A DNA stretch of 56,450 bases from Candidatus Melainabacteria bacterium (GCA_023250205.1 JAHFBE010000003.1:1-56450), one strand, 5' to 3'; numbered from the stretch's first letter, positions 1 to 9,330 are shown. Numbers and translations are program-made. The notes: generated from the letters alone by a model not told the origin.

Positions 1-827
1 GTTTTGGAACAAAAGCAGGTCTTGCTCCAATGCACACATGGCTTCCTGATGCCCACAGTGAAGCTCCTACACCTGTAAGTGCCTTGTTATCCGGAGTACT
101 TTTAAAGTGTGCTTTATATGGAATTATCCGATTTGCAATTTTAATTAATCTTGCTGTTGACAGTAATTTTACAAGTCATCTTCTCTTGTTCTTTGGGCTC
201 TTGTCAATAATAGTTGCAACCCCGTTTATTTTAGTTCAGAAAAACATTAAACGTCTTTTGGCATACAGTTCTCTTGAACATATTGGAATAATAACAACTG
301 GTCTGGCATTTGGAAATTCGCTTTCTGTTTTTGGTGCATTTATTCACATTATTAATCACGCAATTGTTAAATCACTTATGTTTTTTACGGCAGGAAATAT
401 TTCATTAAAATTCCACACTAAAGATATGGATCATATTAAAGGAGCAGCTCAAATTGTTCCGCTTAGTGCTTTTGCTCTTATTCTTGGAGGGCTTGCGCTT
501 GCAGGTGCACCACCATTTTCAATTTTTATAAGTGAGTTTTACATTCTTGCCGGTGGAATTAAAGAAAATCATTTAATTGCAAGCGGACTGATTATTTTTC
601 TCCTTACAGTAATCTTTGGAGGGCTTCTTTATCATTTCCTTAAAATTACTATAGGACCGATTAATGGTCTAACAAATCTTTCTAACGCACAACTTGGAAG
701 GTCAAGCAACTTTCCTGTTCTTATATGTCTTTTTGTTATTGTTTTACTTGGAGTTTCAATACCATCTCCACTATTCCGTCTTGTAAATGAAGCAGTAAAA
801 ATATTTAGCATGGGAAATACGATATGA
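1..827 (+). CDS. hyfF: Hydrogenase-4 component F / NuoL-M-like antiporter-type membrane subunit (5'-truncated)
   Basis: The frame is open from the window start: FGTKAGLAPMHTWLPDAHSEAPTPVSALLSG and KRLLAYSSLEHIG are proton-conducting subunit motifs; very hydrophobic; overlaps the next gene by 4 nt. Confidence 0.9.
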   Translation, partial: FGTKAGLAPMHTWLPDAHSEAPTPVSALLSGVLLKCALYGIIRFAILINLAVDSNFTSHLLLFFGLLSIIVATPFILVQKNIKRLLAYSSLEHIGIITTGLAFGNSLSVFGAFIHIINHAIVKSLMFFTAGNISLKFHTKDMDHIKGAAQIVPLSAFALILGGLALAGAPPFSIFISEFYILAGGIKENHLIASGLIIFLLTVIFGGLLYHFLKITIGPINGLTNLSNAQLGRSSNFPVLICLFVIVLLGVSIPSPLFRLVNEAVKIFSMGNTI

Positions 828-2440
828 AGATATTAGTTGAAAAAGATATAGAATTTTTAGTCGAATGTCTGAAAAAGACACTTAATGTTAATGTCAAGAT
901 AAATGGAGTTAACCATCTTCAAATTACCCTTGAAAAGAACTATTTACTTTCTGCTGTAGAATATATTTCTCAAAATTCTGAATTCAATGCACATTTAATT
1001 ACAATGCTTGCATCTGATGAAAGGGAGTTAAACGGGAACTTTAAACTCTATATAATATTTTCAGTTATTCAGCCAAGGACAATTCTTACTCTTGAAATTT
1101 TATTAGATAAAGATAAACCTTCTTATCCAGCCCTTTCTGAAAAAATCCCTTCGTTAAACTGGCATGAAAGAGAAATTCATGATTTGTTTGGAATTGTACC
1201 CGATGGAATTGAATTAGATCCGTTGGTATTGCACAGAGACTGGCCTCATGGAAAATATTTTCCTCTGCGAAATGATTTTCTGCTTAATAAGCAGTTTCCA
1301 TTTGGAGAAGTTAATCATGAATTTAGTCAACCTCATGGAGAAGGTATGCACCAGATTGCAGTAGGACCTATTCATGCAGGAATAATTGAGCCTGGGCATC
1401 TTAGATTTTGTGCAATTGGGGAAGAGATTTACAAATTTGATGCTCAGCTTTTTTATACACATAAAGGGCTTGAAAAAATGGCTTATGGAAAAAGTGTTGA
1501 AGAAGTTCTTGTTCTTGCAGAACATACCTGTGGTATGTGTGCTTTTTCTCATTCAAGTGCATTTTGCCAGGCAGTTGAAAATCTAGGAGGTATTAAAATT
1601 CCCCGGAGAGCGGCTTACCTTAGAACAATTGGCCTTGAAATGGAGAGAATTAGCAATCATATGGCAGATCTTATGGCTATCTGTTCTGCTGGTGGACTTA
1701 GTTTTGGGGCTAGTCATGCCGGAAGACTTAGGGAATTTCTAATGGGACTAAATCATGACTTTGCAGGACATCGTTTTTTTCGAAACTTAAATACAATTGG
1801 CGGATTGAAAAGAAATATTTCTGATGAGTTCTGTAAACTACTCCTGGAAAAACTTGAAAAATTTAAACCTCAATTTCAGGAATGGGAGCAACTAATAACA
1901 AATAATGATAGTCTTCTTGACAGACTTGAGCTTACAGGATTTTTATCTAATGAAAATGGACTTAAACTTGGGATTGTTGGTCCTGCTGCAAGAGCTTCAA
2001 ATATTGACAGAGATGTTAGGCGTGATTATCCTTACTTTGCTTATGAAGATTATGTTGTTAAAGTGCCGATATATGAAGATGGAGATGCTTTAGCACGCAT
2101 GCAGGTCAGAATTGATGAAGTATATGAATCTTTAAGGCTTATTAAAAATTTAATTAACAATCTTCCTTCTGGAAGCATCTTAGATCATAATTCTCTAAAA
2201 TACCCTATTCATACGCCTTCTATATCAATAGTTGAATCTGCCAAAGGTGAACTGTCCCATTTTATTATGCTTGGTGAAGAAAATAAAGTTTTTCGCTGGC
2301 ATGTAAGAAGTGCTTCATATATGAACTGGAGAGGAGTAGTACAGGCAACTATGGGGCAGGACAGATTTAAAAATATTGTTCCAGATGGACCACTTGTAAA
2401 TAAAAGCTTTAATTTATGTTATGCCTGTGTGGATAGGTAA
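824..2440 (+). CDS. hyfG: Group 4 [NiFe]-hydrogenase-like / Ehr large subunit (NuoC+NuoD-like fusion, HycE/HyfG type)
   Basis: WHEREIHDLFGI, VGPIHAGIIEPGHLRF, YTHKGLEK, EHTCGMC, ELERIxNH-like EMERISNH, C-terminus NKSFNLCYACVDR. Confidence 0.9.
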   Translation: MKILVEKDIEFLVECLKKTLNVNVKINGVNHLQITLEKNYLLSAVEYISQNSEFNAHLITMLASDERELNGNFKLYIIFSVIQPRTILTLEILLDKDKPSYPALSEKIPSLNWHEREIHDLFGIVPDGIELDPLVLHRDWPHGKYFPLRNDFLLNKQFPFGEVNHEFSQPHGEGMHQIAVGPIHAGIIEPGHLRFCAIGEEIYKFDAQLFYTHKGLEKMAYGKSVEEVLVLAEHTCGMCAFSHSSAFCQAVENLGGIKIPRRAAYLRTIGLEMERISNHMADLMAICSAGGLSFGASHAGRLREFLMGLNHDFAGHRFFRNLNTIGGLKRNISDEFCKLLLEKLEKFKPQFQEWEQLITNNDSLLDRLELTGFLSNENGLKLGIVGPAARASNIDRDVRRDYPYFAYEDYVVKVPIYEDGDALARMQVRIDEVYESLRLIKNLINNLPSGSILDHNSLKYPIHTPSISIVESAKGELSHFIMLGEENKVFRWHVRSASYMNWRGVVQATMGQDRFKNIVPDGPLVNKSFNLCYACVDR

Positions 2441-2447
2441 ATTTTTT

Positions 2448-2999
2448 ATGCTGAATATTTTAAAAATGATAGCCAAGACAAAAATTGTGACAGAGAAATC
2501 TCCTCTAATTGAGTCAATTGATTTTGAAACTTTGCAAAAAGATCTATCAAGGTTTGAGAAATTAGATTATGAGGTTAAAAGAGCGCTCAGTAAATCATTG
2601 ACTATTCGTCATTTGGATAGTGGTTCTTCTAATGCCGAGGAAGCAGAACTTCTTGCCCTTTCAAACCCTGTTTATGATATTACTCGCTTTGGAATTGATT
2701 TTACAGCTTCACCACGTCATGCAGATGTGCTTACTATAAGTGGTCCTGTTACAAGACAGTTAAAAATTGCAATGGACAGAACTTATAATGCAATGCCCTA
2801 TCCAAAAATTGTCGTAGCAGTTGGTGATGGTGCATGCAATGGTTCTGTTTATCAAAATACATATGCTTGCCTGGGAAGAGTAGATCAATTTTTACCCGTT
2901 GATATTTATATTCCGGGAGATCCACCAACACCAGAGGTAATTTTAAAAGGACTTTTAATGTGTAAATTGATTTTAATTGAAAAGAAGGGTAGGTTGTGA
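2448..2999 (+). CDS. hyfI: NuoB/HycG/HyfI-like small subunit lacking the canonical Fe-S cysteines
   Basis: RHLDSGSSNAEEAEL, FGIDFTASPRHADVL, GPVT, VAVGDGAC, IYIPGDPPTP. ATG 2448, just after the hyfG stop, is preferred over 2421. Confidence 0.85.
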   Translation: MLNILKMIAKTKIVTEKSPLIESIDFETLQKDLSRFEKLDYEVKRALSKSLTIRHLDSGSSNAEEAELLALSNPVYDITRFGIDFTASPRHADVLTISGPVTRQLKIAMDRTYNAMPYPKIVVAVGDGACNGSVYQNTYACLGRVDQFLPVDIYIPGDPPTPEVILKGLLMCKLILIEKKGRL

Positions 3000-3589
3000 A
3001 AATGGATAAAAAAGATAGTTTATTAAAAGTTGATGTCTTGTCAATCGGATTATTTGGATTGGCAGTGGGTGCTTTGACTCTAGGACTTGTGCAGATTGGA
3101 ATTATTCCACATAATGACGATCTGGCTATATCAATCATCTGTCTTATTTTTGGTGGTATTGTTCAGATTATAGCTGGCATGATTGATGTAAGGTATCATG
3201 ATCAGCTTGGTGGAACAGCATTGACTATGTATGGATTTTACTGGACAACTGTTTTTACAGTTAAGATTCTTGGTTTAGTAGAGGGATTTCACTGGGATAA
3301 TGTGCTTTTCCTGCCACTTGTGGTAATCTATGCAATGTTTTCAGCGATAATGATTTACTTAACGGGTCATAAATCCAAGGCTTTAATGATACTTCATGTT
3401 TTCATTACTGTAGTTTTTACTATTGATATTTTTATTAAATTAAATTATCCATTTGAATATTATGCAGGTATAGATCATATTATTATTGGTCTTCTTGCAC
3501 TTTATCATGCAATGGTTACACTGATAAATAAATTCACTGGCAAAGCAGGATTTTTATTAGGAAACCCTCCATTCAAATTCAGGAATTAA
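2996..3589 (+). CDS. satP: GPR1/FUN34/YaaH (SatP-like) acetate/carboxylate channel
   Basis: IGLFGLAVGALTL, FGGIVQIIAGM, GTALTMYGFYW; about 6 hydrophobic helices; overlaps hyfI by 4 nt. Confidence 0.75.
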   Translation: MKMDKKDSLLKVDVLSIGLFGLAVGALTLGLVQIGIIPHNDDLAISIICLIFGGIVQIIAGMIDVRYHDQLGGTALTMYGFYWTTVFTVKILGLVEGFHWDNVLFLPLVVIYAMFSAIMIYLTGHKSKALMILHVFITVVFTIDIFIKLNYPFEYYAGIDHIIIGLLALYHAMVTLINKFTGKAGFLLGNPPFKFRN

Positions 3590-4136
3590 TTATATAAAGT
3601 TTATTGTCTTCTATGTTATATAACATAGGCACAAAGATAATCGGAGGGTATTTCTCTTTTAATCTTTTACTTTCACTTACTATAAATTCTTTTTCATTCT
3701 CTATTTCAAAGAAGGGAGCAAAAGAATTAAAGTGATTTTCTGCCTGTTCTTTAGTCCAGCTAGCATTTTTAACAAGTCCATCTACAAATTTTTCTTTTTT
3801 GCTGGTTAGATTTACCATTCCACAGTTTGTATGAGCTATAAGTGCTACAAATTTAATATCAGCAAAGCCAATTGCAAAGGAGAGCTTGAATTCATTACCA
3901 GTAATCCTTGCTCCTGCCGTCCTTAAGATATATGAAAATTTACCAGGTATGTTAAGCTGCTTTCTATTATCCATGCACATTACTATAGCCATCTGTGCAG
4001 TATCGTAATCTTTAAATGGCATTTCAAGATTATGATATTTAAGTAAATCAGCAATTGGAGTATTTAAAAGATTATTAGGAATATCTTTTTCATTACAGAT
4101 ATCTATAAGCTGATATTTTGAAGTAACATCTTTCAT
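3579..4136 (-). CDS. Beta-class carbonic anhydrase
   Basis: Zn-binding motifs CMDNR (CxDxR) and HTNC (HxxC), plus RTAG. Confidence 0.85.
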   Translation of the reverse strand: MKDVTSKYQLIDICNEKDIPNNLLNTPIADLLKYHNLEMPFKDYDTAQMAIVMCMDNRKQLNIPGKFSYILRTAGARITGNEFKLSFAIGFADIKFVALIAHTNCGMVNLTSKKEKFVDGLVKNASWTKEQAENHFNSFAPFFEIENEKEFIVSESKRLKEKYPPIIFVPMLYNIEDNKLYIINS

Positions 4137-4150
4137 AATAAATTAAAACA

Positions 4151-4558
4151 TTATGCCCAGAAAGAAATAATCTCTGAATAAGTAGATAAAAGCTCGCTGT
4201 TTATAGCTAACTGATAGCCTATTAAATGAAGTGCACTGATAAGTACCTTTGAAATCTTTTTTGACTCAGTAAGATAGTAATATACTTCTTTACCCTTTCT
4301 TTCTTCAACAACAAGCTTATTTACTTTTAAAAGTGAAAGATGTTGTGAAACATTTGACTGGCTTATGTATAGTTCATCTTGTATTTGATGAACGTTTAAA
4401 CTTTTTTTCTTTTTTAATAACCATAAAATTTTAACCCTTATTGGATGTGAGAGTATTGAAAATAAATTCGAAACAGAATTAATTTGTTCCTCAGGGGTTT
4501 TATATACAACTCTTTTTTTACTTTTCATTATGGGTTCTATTATATCAGCTAGTAACAT
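4151..4558 (-). CDS. ArsR/SmtB family transcriptional regulator
   Basis: LFSILSHPIRVKIL...SQSNVSQHLSLLK...EERKGKEVYY winged HTH. Confidence 0.9.
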   Translation of the reverse strand: MLLADIIEPIMKSKKRVVYKTPEEQINSVSNLFSILSHPIRVKILWLLKKKKSLNVHQIQDELYISQSNVSQHLSLLKVNKLVVEERKGKEVYYYLTESKKISKVLISALHLIGYQLAINSELLSTYSEIISFWA

Positions 4559-4595
4559 ATTCTAATATTCGAATGTGTTAAAATCTTCAGGTATC

Positions 4596-6131
4596 ATGAA
4601 TCTAAATCGTAAAAATTACTCTATTGACAAATTTAAAGCTGACTTTTTCTCATCTATAGTTGTATTTCTTGTTGCGCTTCCTTTATGTCTTGGAATTGCT
4701 ATAGCTTCAGGAATGCTGCCAGCAGCAGGTTTAATATCTGGAATTATTGGTGGAATAATTGTTGGTAGTTTATCTGGTTGCCCTCTTCAAGTAAGCGGAC
4801 CAGCTGCTGGTCTTGTAGGTATTATTTATGAAGTAATTCAAGAACATGGTATTGAAAGTCTTGGAGCTATTGTTTTGTTTGCGGGTGTTCTACAAATAGT
4901 TGCCGGTATTTTAAAACTTGGACCATGGTTTCGAGCTGTTTCTCCACCAGTTATTCATGGAATGCTTGCTGGTATTGGAATCCTTATATTTTCCAGTCAG
5001 TTCCATGTAATGGTTGATGATCTGCCAAAAAGTTCTGGGATTGAAAATATACTATCTCTTCCTACCAGCTTTCTTAAGGGAGTAACTCCGCTTGATACTA
5101 CCAGCCATCATTTAGCTGCATTAATTGGATTAATAACTATTTCCAGCATGATTCTCTGGAGATTTATGCCAAAGAAGTTAAAAACTATACCTTCTGCTTT
5201 AGTTGGAGTCTTGATGACTACTTTATTAGCACATTACTTACATTATCCTATTAAGCATGTTTTAGTTCCTGAAAATATTTGGAGTGCTATTAAACTTCCA
5301 TCATTAGAAAGTTTTTCTTGTCTTTTAAGCTGGGAGGTATTGGTTGAAGCTTTAACAGTGGCATTTATTGCTAGTGCTGAGACTTTGCTTACTTCCTCTG
5401 CAATAGATAAAATGAAATCAAGTCACAGGACAAATTATAATAAAGAAATTATTGCTCAGGGTATTGGTAATTCTTTAGCGGGCTTAATTGGAGCAATTCC
5501 AATAACAGGTGTTATTGTACGTAGTGCAGCAAATGTTACTGCAGGTGCTAAGACACGCGCTTCAGCAGTCTTTCATGGAGTATGGATCTTGTTGTTTGTT
5601 GCTTATTTTTCTCGGTTACTAGAAATGATTCCTACGGCTGCCCTTGCTGCTGTTTTAGTTTATACAGGGTATAAATTAGTAGATTTAAATGCAATAAAAA
5701 ATCTAGCTAAGATTGGTAAGAGTGAAATAGTTATATATTTTGTAACATTATCTGCCATTGTTATGACTAGTCTGCTTGAAGGAATTCTTATTGGAATAGT
5801 ATTTTCTGTGATTAAACTACTCTATGATTTCTCAAAACTGGAATTAAGAATTGAAAAAGAAAAAGAGGAAAATATAGTTCATTTCTATATTAATGGAAAT
5901 GCTACTTTTATTAATCTTCCAAAGTTTGCTGATGCTCTGGAAAGTATTGTTCACGGGAAAGAAGTTTTTGTTCACTTTGAAGGACTTGTTCATATTGATC
6001 ATGCAAGTCTGGAATTTATAATGAACTGGGAAAAGCAATATGAGTCTGCAGGGGGAGTTGTTTCAATTAGATGGAATGAACTTGAAGCAAAGTTTAACAA
6101 ATCAAAAGCTATTAGTCGATCAAAAGTTTAA
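4596..6131 (+). CDS. SulP/SLC26 anion (bicarbonate/sulfate) transporter with short STAS-like tail
   Basis: VVFLVALPLCLGIAIASG, QVSGPAAG, EIIAQGIGN, TGVIVRSAAN. Start is either ATG 4596 or GTG 4575. Confidence 0.92.
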   Translation: MNLNRKNYSIDKFKADFFSSIVVFLVALPLCLGIAIASGMLPAAGLISGIIGGIIVGSLSGCPLQVSGPAAGLVGIIYEVIQEHGIESLGAIVLFAGVLQIVAGILKLGPWFRAVSPPVIHGMLAGIGILIFSSQFHVMVDDLPKSSGIENILSLPTSFLKGVTPLDTTSHHLAALIGLITISSMILWRFMPKKLKTIPSALVGVLMTTLLAHYLHYPIKHVLVPENIWSAIKLPSLESFSCLLSWEVLVEALTVAFIASAETLLTSSAIDKMKSSHRTNYNKEIIAQGIGNSLAGLIGAIPITGVIVRSAANVTAGAKTRASAVFHGVWILLFVAYFSRLLEMIPTAALAAVLVYTGYKLVDLNAIKNLAKIGKSEIVIYFVTLSAIVMTSLLEGILIGIVFSVIKLLYDFSKLELRIEKEKEENIVHFYINGNATFINLPKFADALESIVHGKEVFVHFEGLVHIDHASLEFIMNWEKQYESAGGVVSIRWNELEAKFNKSKAISRSKV

Positions 6132-8317
6132 TCTCTAAATCCTTCTTTAAGATTATTTGCAAATTTTAATATATTGTTCTTTATTTCTTCAGTAACTTTT
6201 TTTGCATTTTCAACAGCATCTTCAAGAGCTTCTTGTTTAGACTTCTTAGCTTCTTCCATTTGTTTTTGCTCGGCTTTAGCTTGTTCTTCAGCAGCTTTCT
6301 TTGCATTTTCAATAGCTTCTTGTTTAGACTTCTCAGCTTCTTCCATTTGTTTTTGCTCGGCTTTAGCTTGTTCTTCAGCAGCTTTCTTTGCATCTTCAAT
6401 AGCTTCTTGTTTGGATTTCTCAACTTCTTCGGCTTGTTTTTGCTCAGCTTTAGCTTGTTCTTCAGCAGCTTTCTTTGCATCTTCAATAGCTTTTTGTTTG
6501 GATTTCTCAACTTCTTCAGCTTGTTTTTGTTCAGCTTTAGCTTGCTCTTCAGTAGCTTTTTTCTTGGCTTCTTCCATAGCATTTTTTATTGCTTCTATGG
6601 CTTGTTTGATATTTCCTTGATTGTTACTAGCAGTGTTTAAGACTTCTGGTATTGAAGGAAGAGGATTAGCCATTATGACTGGCTGAGTAGTGGTAGTAGT
6701 TGCAGGAAGAGGATCAGCCATTATGATTGGTTGAGTGGTAGTAGTAGTTGCAGGAAGAGGATCAGCCATTATGATTGGTTGAGTGGTAGTAGTAGTTGAA
6801 GGAAGAGGATCAGCCATTATGATTGGTTGAGTGGTAGTAGTAGTTACAGGAAGAGGATCAGCCATTGTAGTTGGTTGAGTTATTGTGTTTGCAGGAGAAG
6901 AAGAACTGATATTTGTTATTACTGGACTTGGGGATGGATTAAAATTAATTACAGTTGGGATTTGGATAGTGTCTGTTGAAGTTGTTGAAGCTGTAGTAGT
7001 TGGCTTATTAGATGCATTATTATTTGAAGGACTATTGGACATAGAGCCTCCAGTATCCAGATTTAAAACAACATTATTATCAGAGGTAATGCTTCCTGTA
7101 GGTGCAATATATAAACCTCTAAGAATAGGTGGATTTTCCAGATCATTTGTAGTTAATCTTATTCTTAATTGAATATTACTGCTTGGAGCTATATGAAAAT
7201 TTTGAAATGTAGGAGTTCCATCTCCAAAAGTCTCTATGGTGGATTTAAGTTTGTTTTGTTTGTCTTTTTCTGCAGAATAGATTAGGATATTTTGTTTATA
7301 TGATTCAGTGGTGTATAAACCTAGTTCACAGCCATTTAAGCAGAGACTCATATCAGGGTTTAAATAAAACTCAAGTCCATTGCTTCCCTTTGGTCCTGCC
7401 ATTCCTTGTAAAACTTTGAAATTATAAAAATCTTTATTTTTTAGTGATAATGGGAACTCATAACCAGTTGATGTTGCATACTTAATCATGCCTACACTTA
7501 ATTGAACTAAATCATCATTTTCTGATTCTTCTTTTGATCTTGGCGACCATATTACTGTACTGGAATCAACTCTTTGAGACCAGGTAGGTGCACTTACTTT
7601 CTCAGGTCCAACATAGGTAATCCTTAAATCACTTTCTCTTCTTGGTTCACTCCAAAAAATGCCACTGATCGCTGCTTTAGAATTGTCCTGTGGAGCTATT
7701 TCAATTGTTAGTGTTCCAACTGAGCGAGGATCGGGTGATTTTACTAATAAGTTTAAATAACAACCAACTTTAAATTTTGTATTTTGAATATAAGTAATAT
7801 CTCCTAGAGCACTATTTGCATAAGATAGTTTTAATTTAATTTGTTCAGCAGGATTATTAATAACAAAGGGATCAAAATATAAATTTAATGGGATCCAGGT
7901 AATGAAATCATTATTGTTTTGTAAATCTATCATTATGGAAAGAGTTTCTCCATCAAGTGAAGAAGATAAATAATATTTATTTCTTTCACCATTTTTAGAA
8001 GCACTTTCTGGAGTACTTATACTAATTGAGCTGCTTTCCTGAATAACACCGGAGTAAGTTAGGTTTGTTATATATGGAGGTAATTTTGTTTGCGTATTTG
8101 ATGGGTCAGCAAGCCAATAATATGAATACTCTGTACTCCATGCTCCGTTTAAATCACAATTTGTTTTTGGGGCTGATTCCTTTATATATGATGGATTTAG
8201 GTAAGTAGCATTTGAAATTTCTGGGGCAGTTTGAGCTAATACTTGGCCAGTACAAACTGCTGTAAGCAATAAAAGAATGTATAAGATATTTAAGTTTGAC
8301 TTTGTTTTAGTTTGCAT
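6128..8317 (-). CDS. Secreted hypothetical protein with a Thr/Pro-rich linker and a TolA-like Lys/Glu/Ala coiled-coil tail
   Basis: 729-aa ORF with an N-terminal signal-like segment (ILYILLLLTAVCTGQVLA) and two internal repeat arrays. Confidence 0.75.
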   Translation of the reverse strand: MQTKTKSNLNILYILLLLTAVCTGQVLAQTAPEISNATYLNPSYIKESAPKTNCDLNGAWSTEYSYYWLADPSNTQTKLPPYITNLTYSGVIQESSSISISTPESASKNGERNKYYLSSSLDGETLSIMIDLQNNNDFITWIPLNLYFDPFVINNPAEQIKLKLSYANSALGDITYIQNTKFKVGCYLNLLVKSPDPRSVGTLTIEIAPQDNSKAAISGIFWSEPRRESDLRITYVGPEKVSAPTWSQRVDSSTVIWSPRSKEESENDDLVQLSVGMIKYATSTGYEFPLSLKNKDFYNFKVLQGMAGPKGSNGLEFYLNPDMSLCLNGCELGLYTTESYKQNILIYSAEKDKQNKLKSTIETFGDGTPTFQNFHIAPSSNIQLRIRLTTNDLENPPILRGLYIAPTGSITSDNNVVLNLDTGGSMSNSPSNNNASNKPTTTASTTSTDTIQIPTVINFNPSPSPVITNISSSSPANTITQPTTMADPLPVTTTTTQPIIMADPLPSTTTTTQPIIMADPLPATTTTTQPIIMADPLPATTTTTQPVIMANPLPSIPEVLNTASNNQGNIKQAIEAIKNAMEEAKKKATEEQAKAEQKQAEEVEKSKQKAIEDAKKAAEEQAKAEQKQAEEVEKSKQEAIEDAKKAAEEQAKAEQKQMEEAEKSKQEAIENAKKAAEEQAKAEQKQMEEAKKSKQEALEDAVENAKKVTEEIKNNILKFANNLKEGFRD
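6216..6564 (-). repeat. Four intragenic 87-bp repeats (KKAAEEQAKAEQKQ[A/M]EExEKSKQEAIEDA)
   Basis: The 29-aa unit appears 4 times in the translation; the DNA copies are near-identical. Confidence 0.9.
6654..6880 (-). repeat. About five intragenic 48-bp repeats (QPIIMADPLPxTTTTT)
   Basis: ggaagaggatcagccattatgattggttgagtggtagtagtagtt recurs every 48 nt. Confidence 0.9.
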
Positions 8318-8546
8318 AAGGAACCGGTAGTGCGAGTAAGCGCAAGGCTATTAACCGGGATTTAGGTAAAGATTCAATTAAAGTAGATTGGAAAAAGGTT
8401 AAAAAATGCAATTGAAATCTAAAAACTTTTTAATAAATCTAAGAAAAGCTCAAAAAATGCACTTTATTAAGTTACTTTAGAATGAAAATGGGTAAGCCCT
8501 ATAAGTGCTTTTTATACCATTTGTGGAAATCAATCCAACACTTCAT

Positions 8547-8629
8547 GTCATTGCGAGCCGAATGAAATAAGGCGTGGCAATCTCCTAACGTTTTGGAGAT
8601 TCCCACGTCGCTTTGCTCCTCGGAATGAC
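8547..8629. repeat. REP-like palindromic element, GTCATTGCGAG family, copy 1
   Basis: gtcattgcgag...ggcaatctc...gagattccc...ctcggaatgac; intergenic, downstream of rpe. Confidence 0.85.
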
Positions 8630-8661
8630 GTGATATGTTGGTTTATTTTTCGCGTTCGGTA

Positions 8662-9330
8662 TTAGGTTCTCATTTGAGCTATTGTTTTTTGAATTTCAGA
8701 TTGTGATTTAAGACTATAAATAGCATTACCAGCCACCAAGACATTAGCACCTGCTGATCTAACTATTGGAGCAGTTTGTGTGTTTATTCCACCATCTACT
8801 TCTATATGTTTATCATTTAAATTTGCTTCTTTAAAAAGCTTTTTTACTTCTGAAATCTTTGGGACAACAGAACTAATAAATCTTTGCCCACCAAAACCTG
8901 GATTTACTGTCATCACTAATACAAGATCAACAATTTCTAAAACATATTTTAAAGAATCTATAGGCGTATGAGGATTAAATGAAACTCCAGCCTTACAACC
9001 AAGTTCTTTTATATAGGTAAGAGTTCTTTGAAGATGTGTACACGCTTCAGCATGAATAGTAATAATATTTGCTCCGGCACTTGCAAAATCTTTTATGTGT
9101 TTGTCGGGATTAACTATCATTAAATGAACATCGAGTGGTAATTTGGTGATTTGTCTTATACACTTAACGACAGGTGCACCAATAGTAATATTAGGTACAA
9201 ATTGCCCATCCATTACATCTACATGAATCCAGTCAGCACCAGCATCTTCTACTTTTTTAATCTCATTCTTTAAATCTGAAAAATCTGCAGACAGGATAGA
9301 TGGGGCAATTAGTATTTTTGAGTTTGACAT
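8662..9330 (-). CDS. rpe: Ribulose-phosphate 3-epimerase
   Basis: IAPSILSAD, IHVDVMDGQFVPN, LVMTVNPGFGGQ, IEVDGGI. Confidence 0.97.
   Translation of the reverse strand: MSNSKILIAPSILSADFSDLKNEIKKVEDAGADWIHVDVMDGQFVPNITIGAPVVKCIRQITKLPLDVHLMIVNPDKHIKDFASAGANIITIHAEACTHLQRTLTYIKELGCKAGVSFNPHTPIDSLKYVLEIVDLVLVMTVNPGFGGQRFISSVVPKISEVKKLFKEANLNDKHIEVDGGINTQTAPIVRSAGANVLVAGNAIYSLKSQSEIQKTIAQMRT

Noticed and set aside
2448-2999. Selenocysteine or stop-codon recoding as the reason for the missing cysteines
   Set aside because: The positions are ordinary sense codons (tct, gag, ggt, gat) and there is no in-frame TGA.
6174-6640. Three ORF-track entries (6174-6620, 6181-6582, 6233-6640) with repetitive sequence
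   Set aside because: They are antisense or alternate-frame shadows of the 87-bp repeats in the 729-aa gene.
6654-6880. 48-bp periodic array as a possible CRISPR
   Set aside because: No unique spacers, the period is a multiple of 3 within an ORF, and there are no cas genes. The same applies to the 126-bp array.
8323-8358. Small hairpin upstream of the 729-aa gene (ccggtag-tgcg...cgca...accgg)
   Set aside because: Imperfect, single copy, and matches no riboswitch pattern I recognise.
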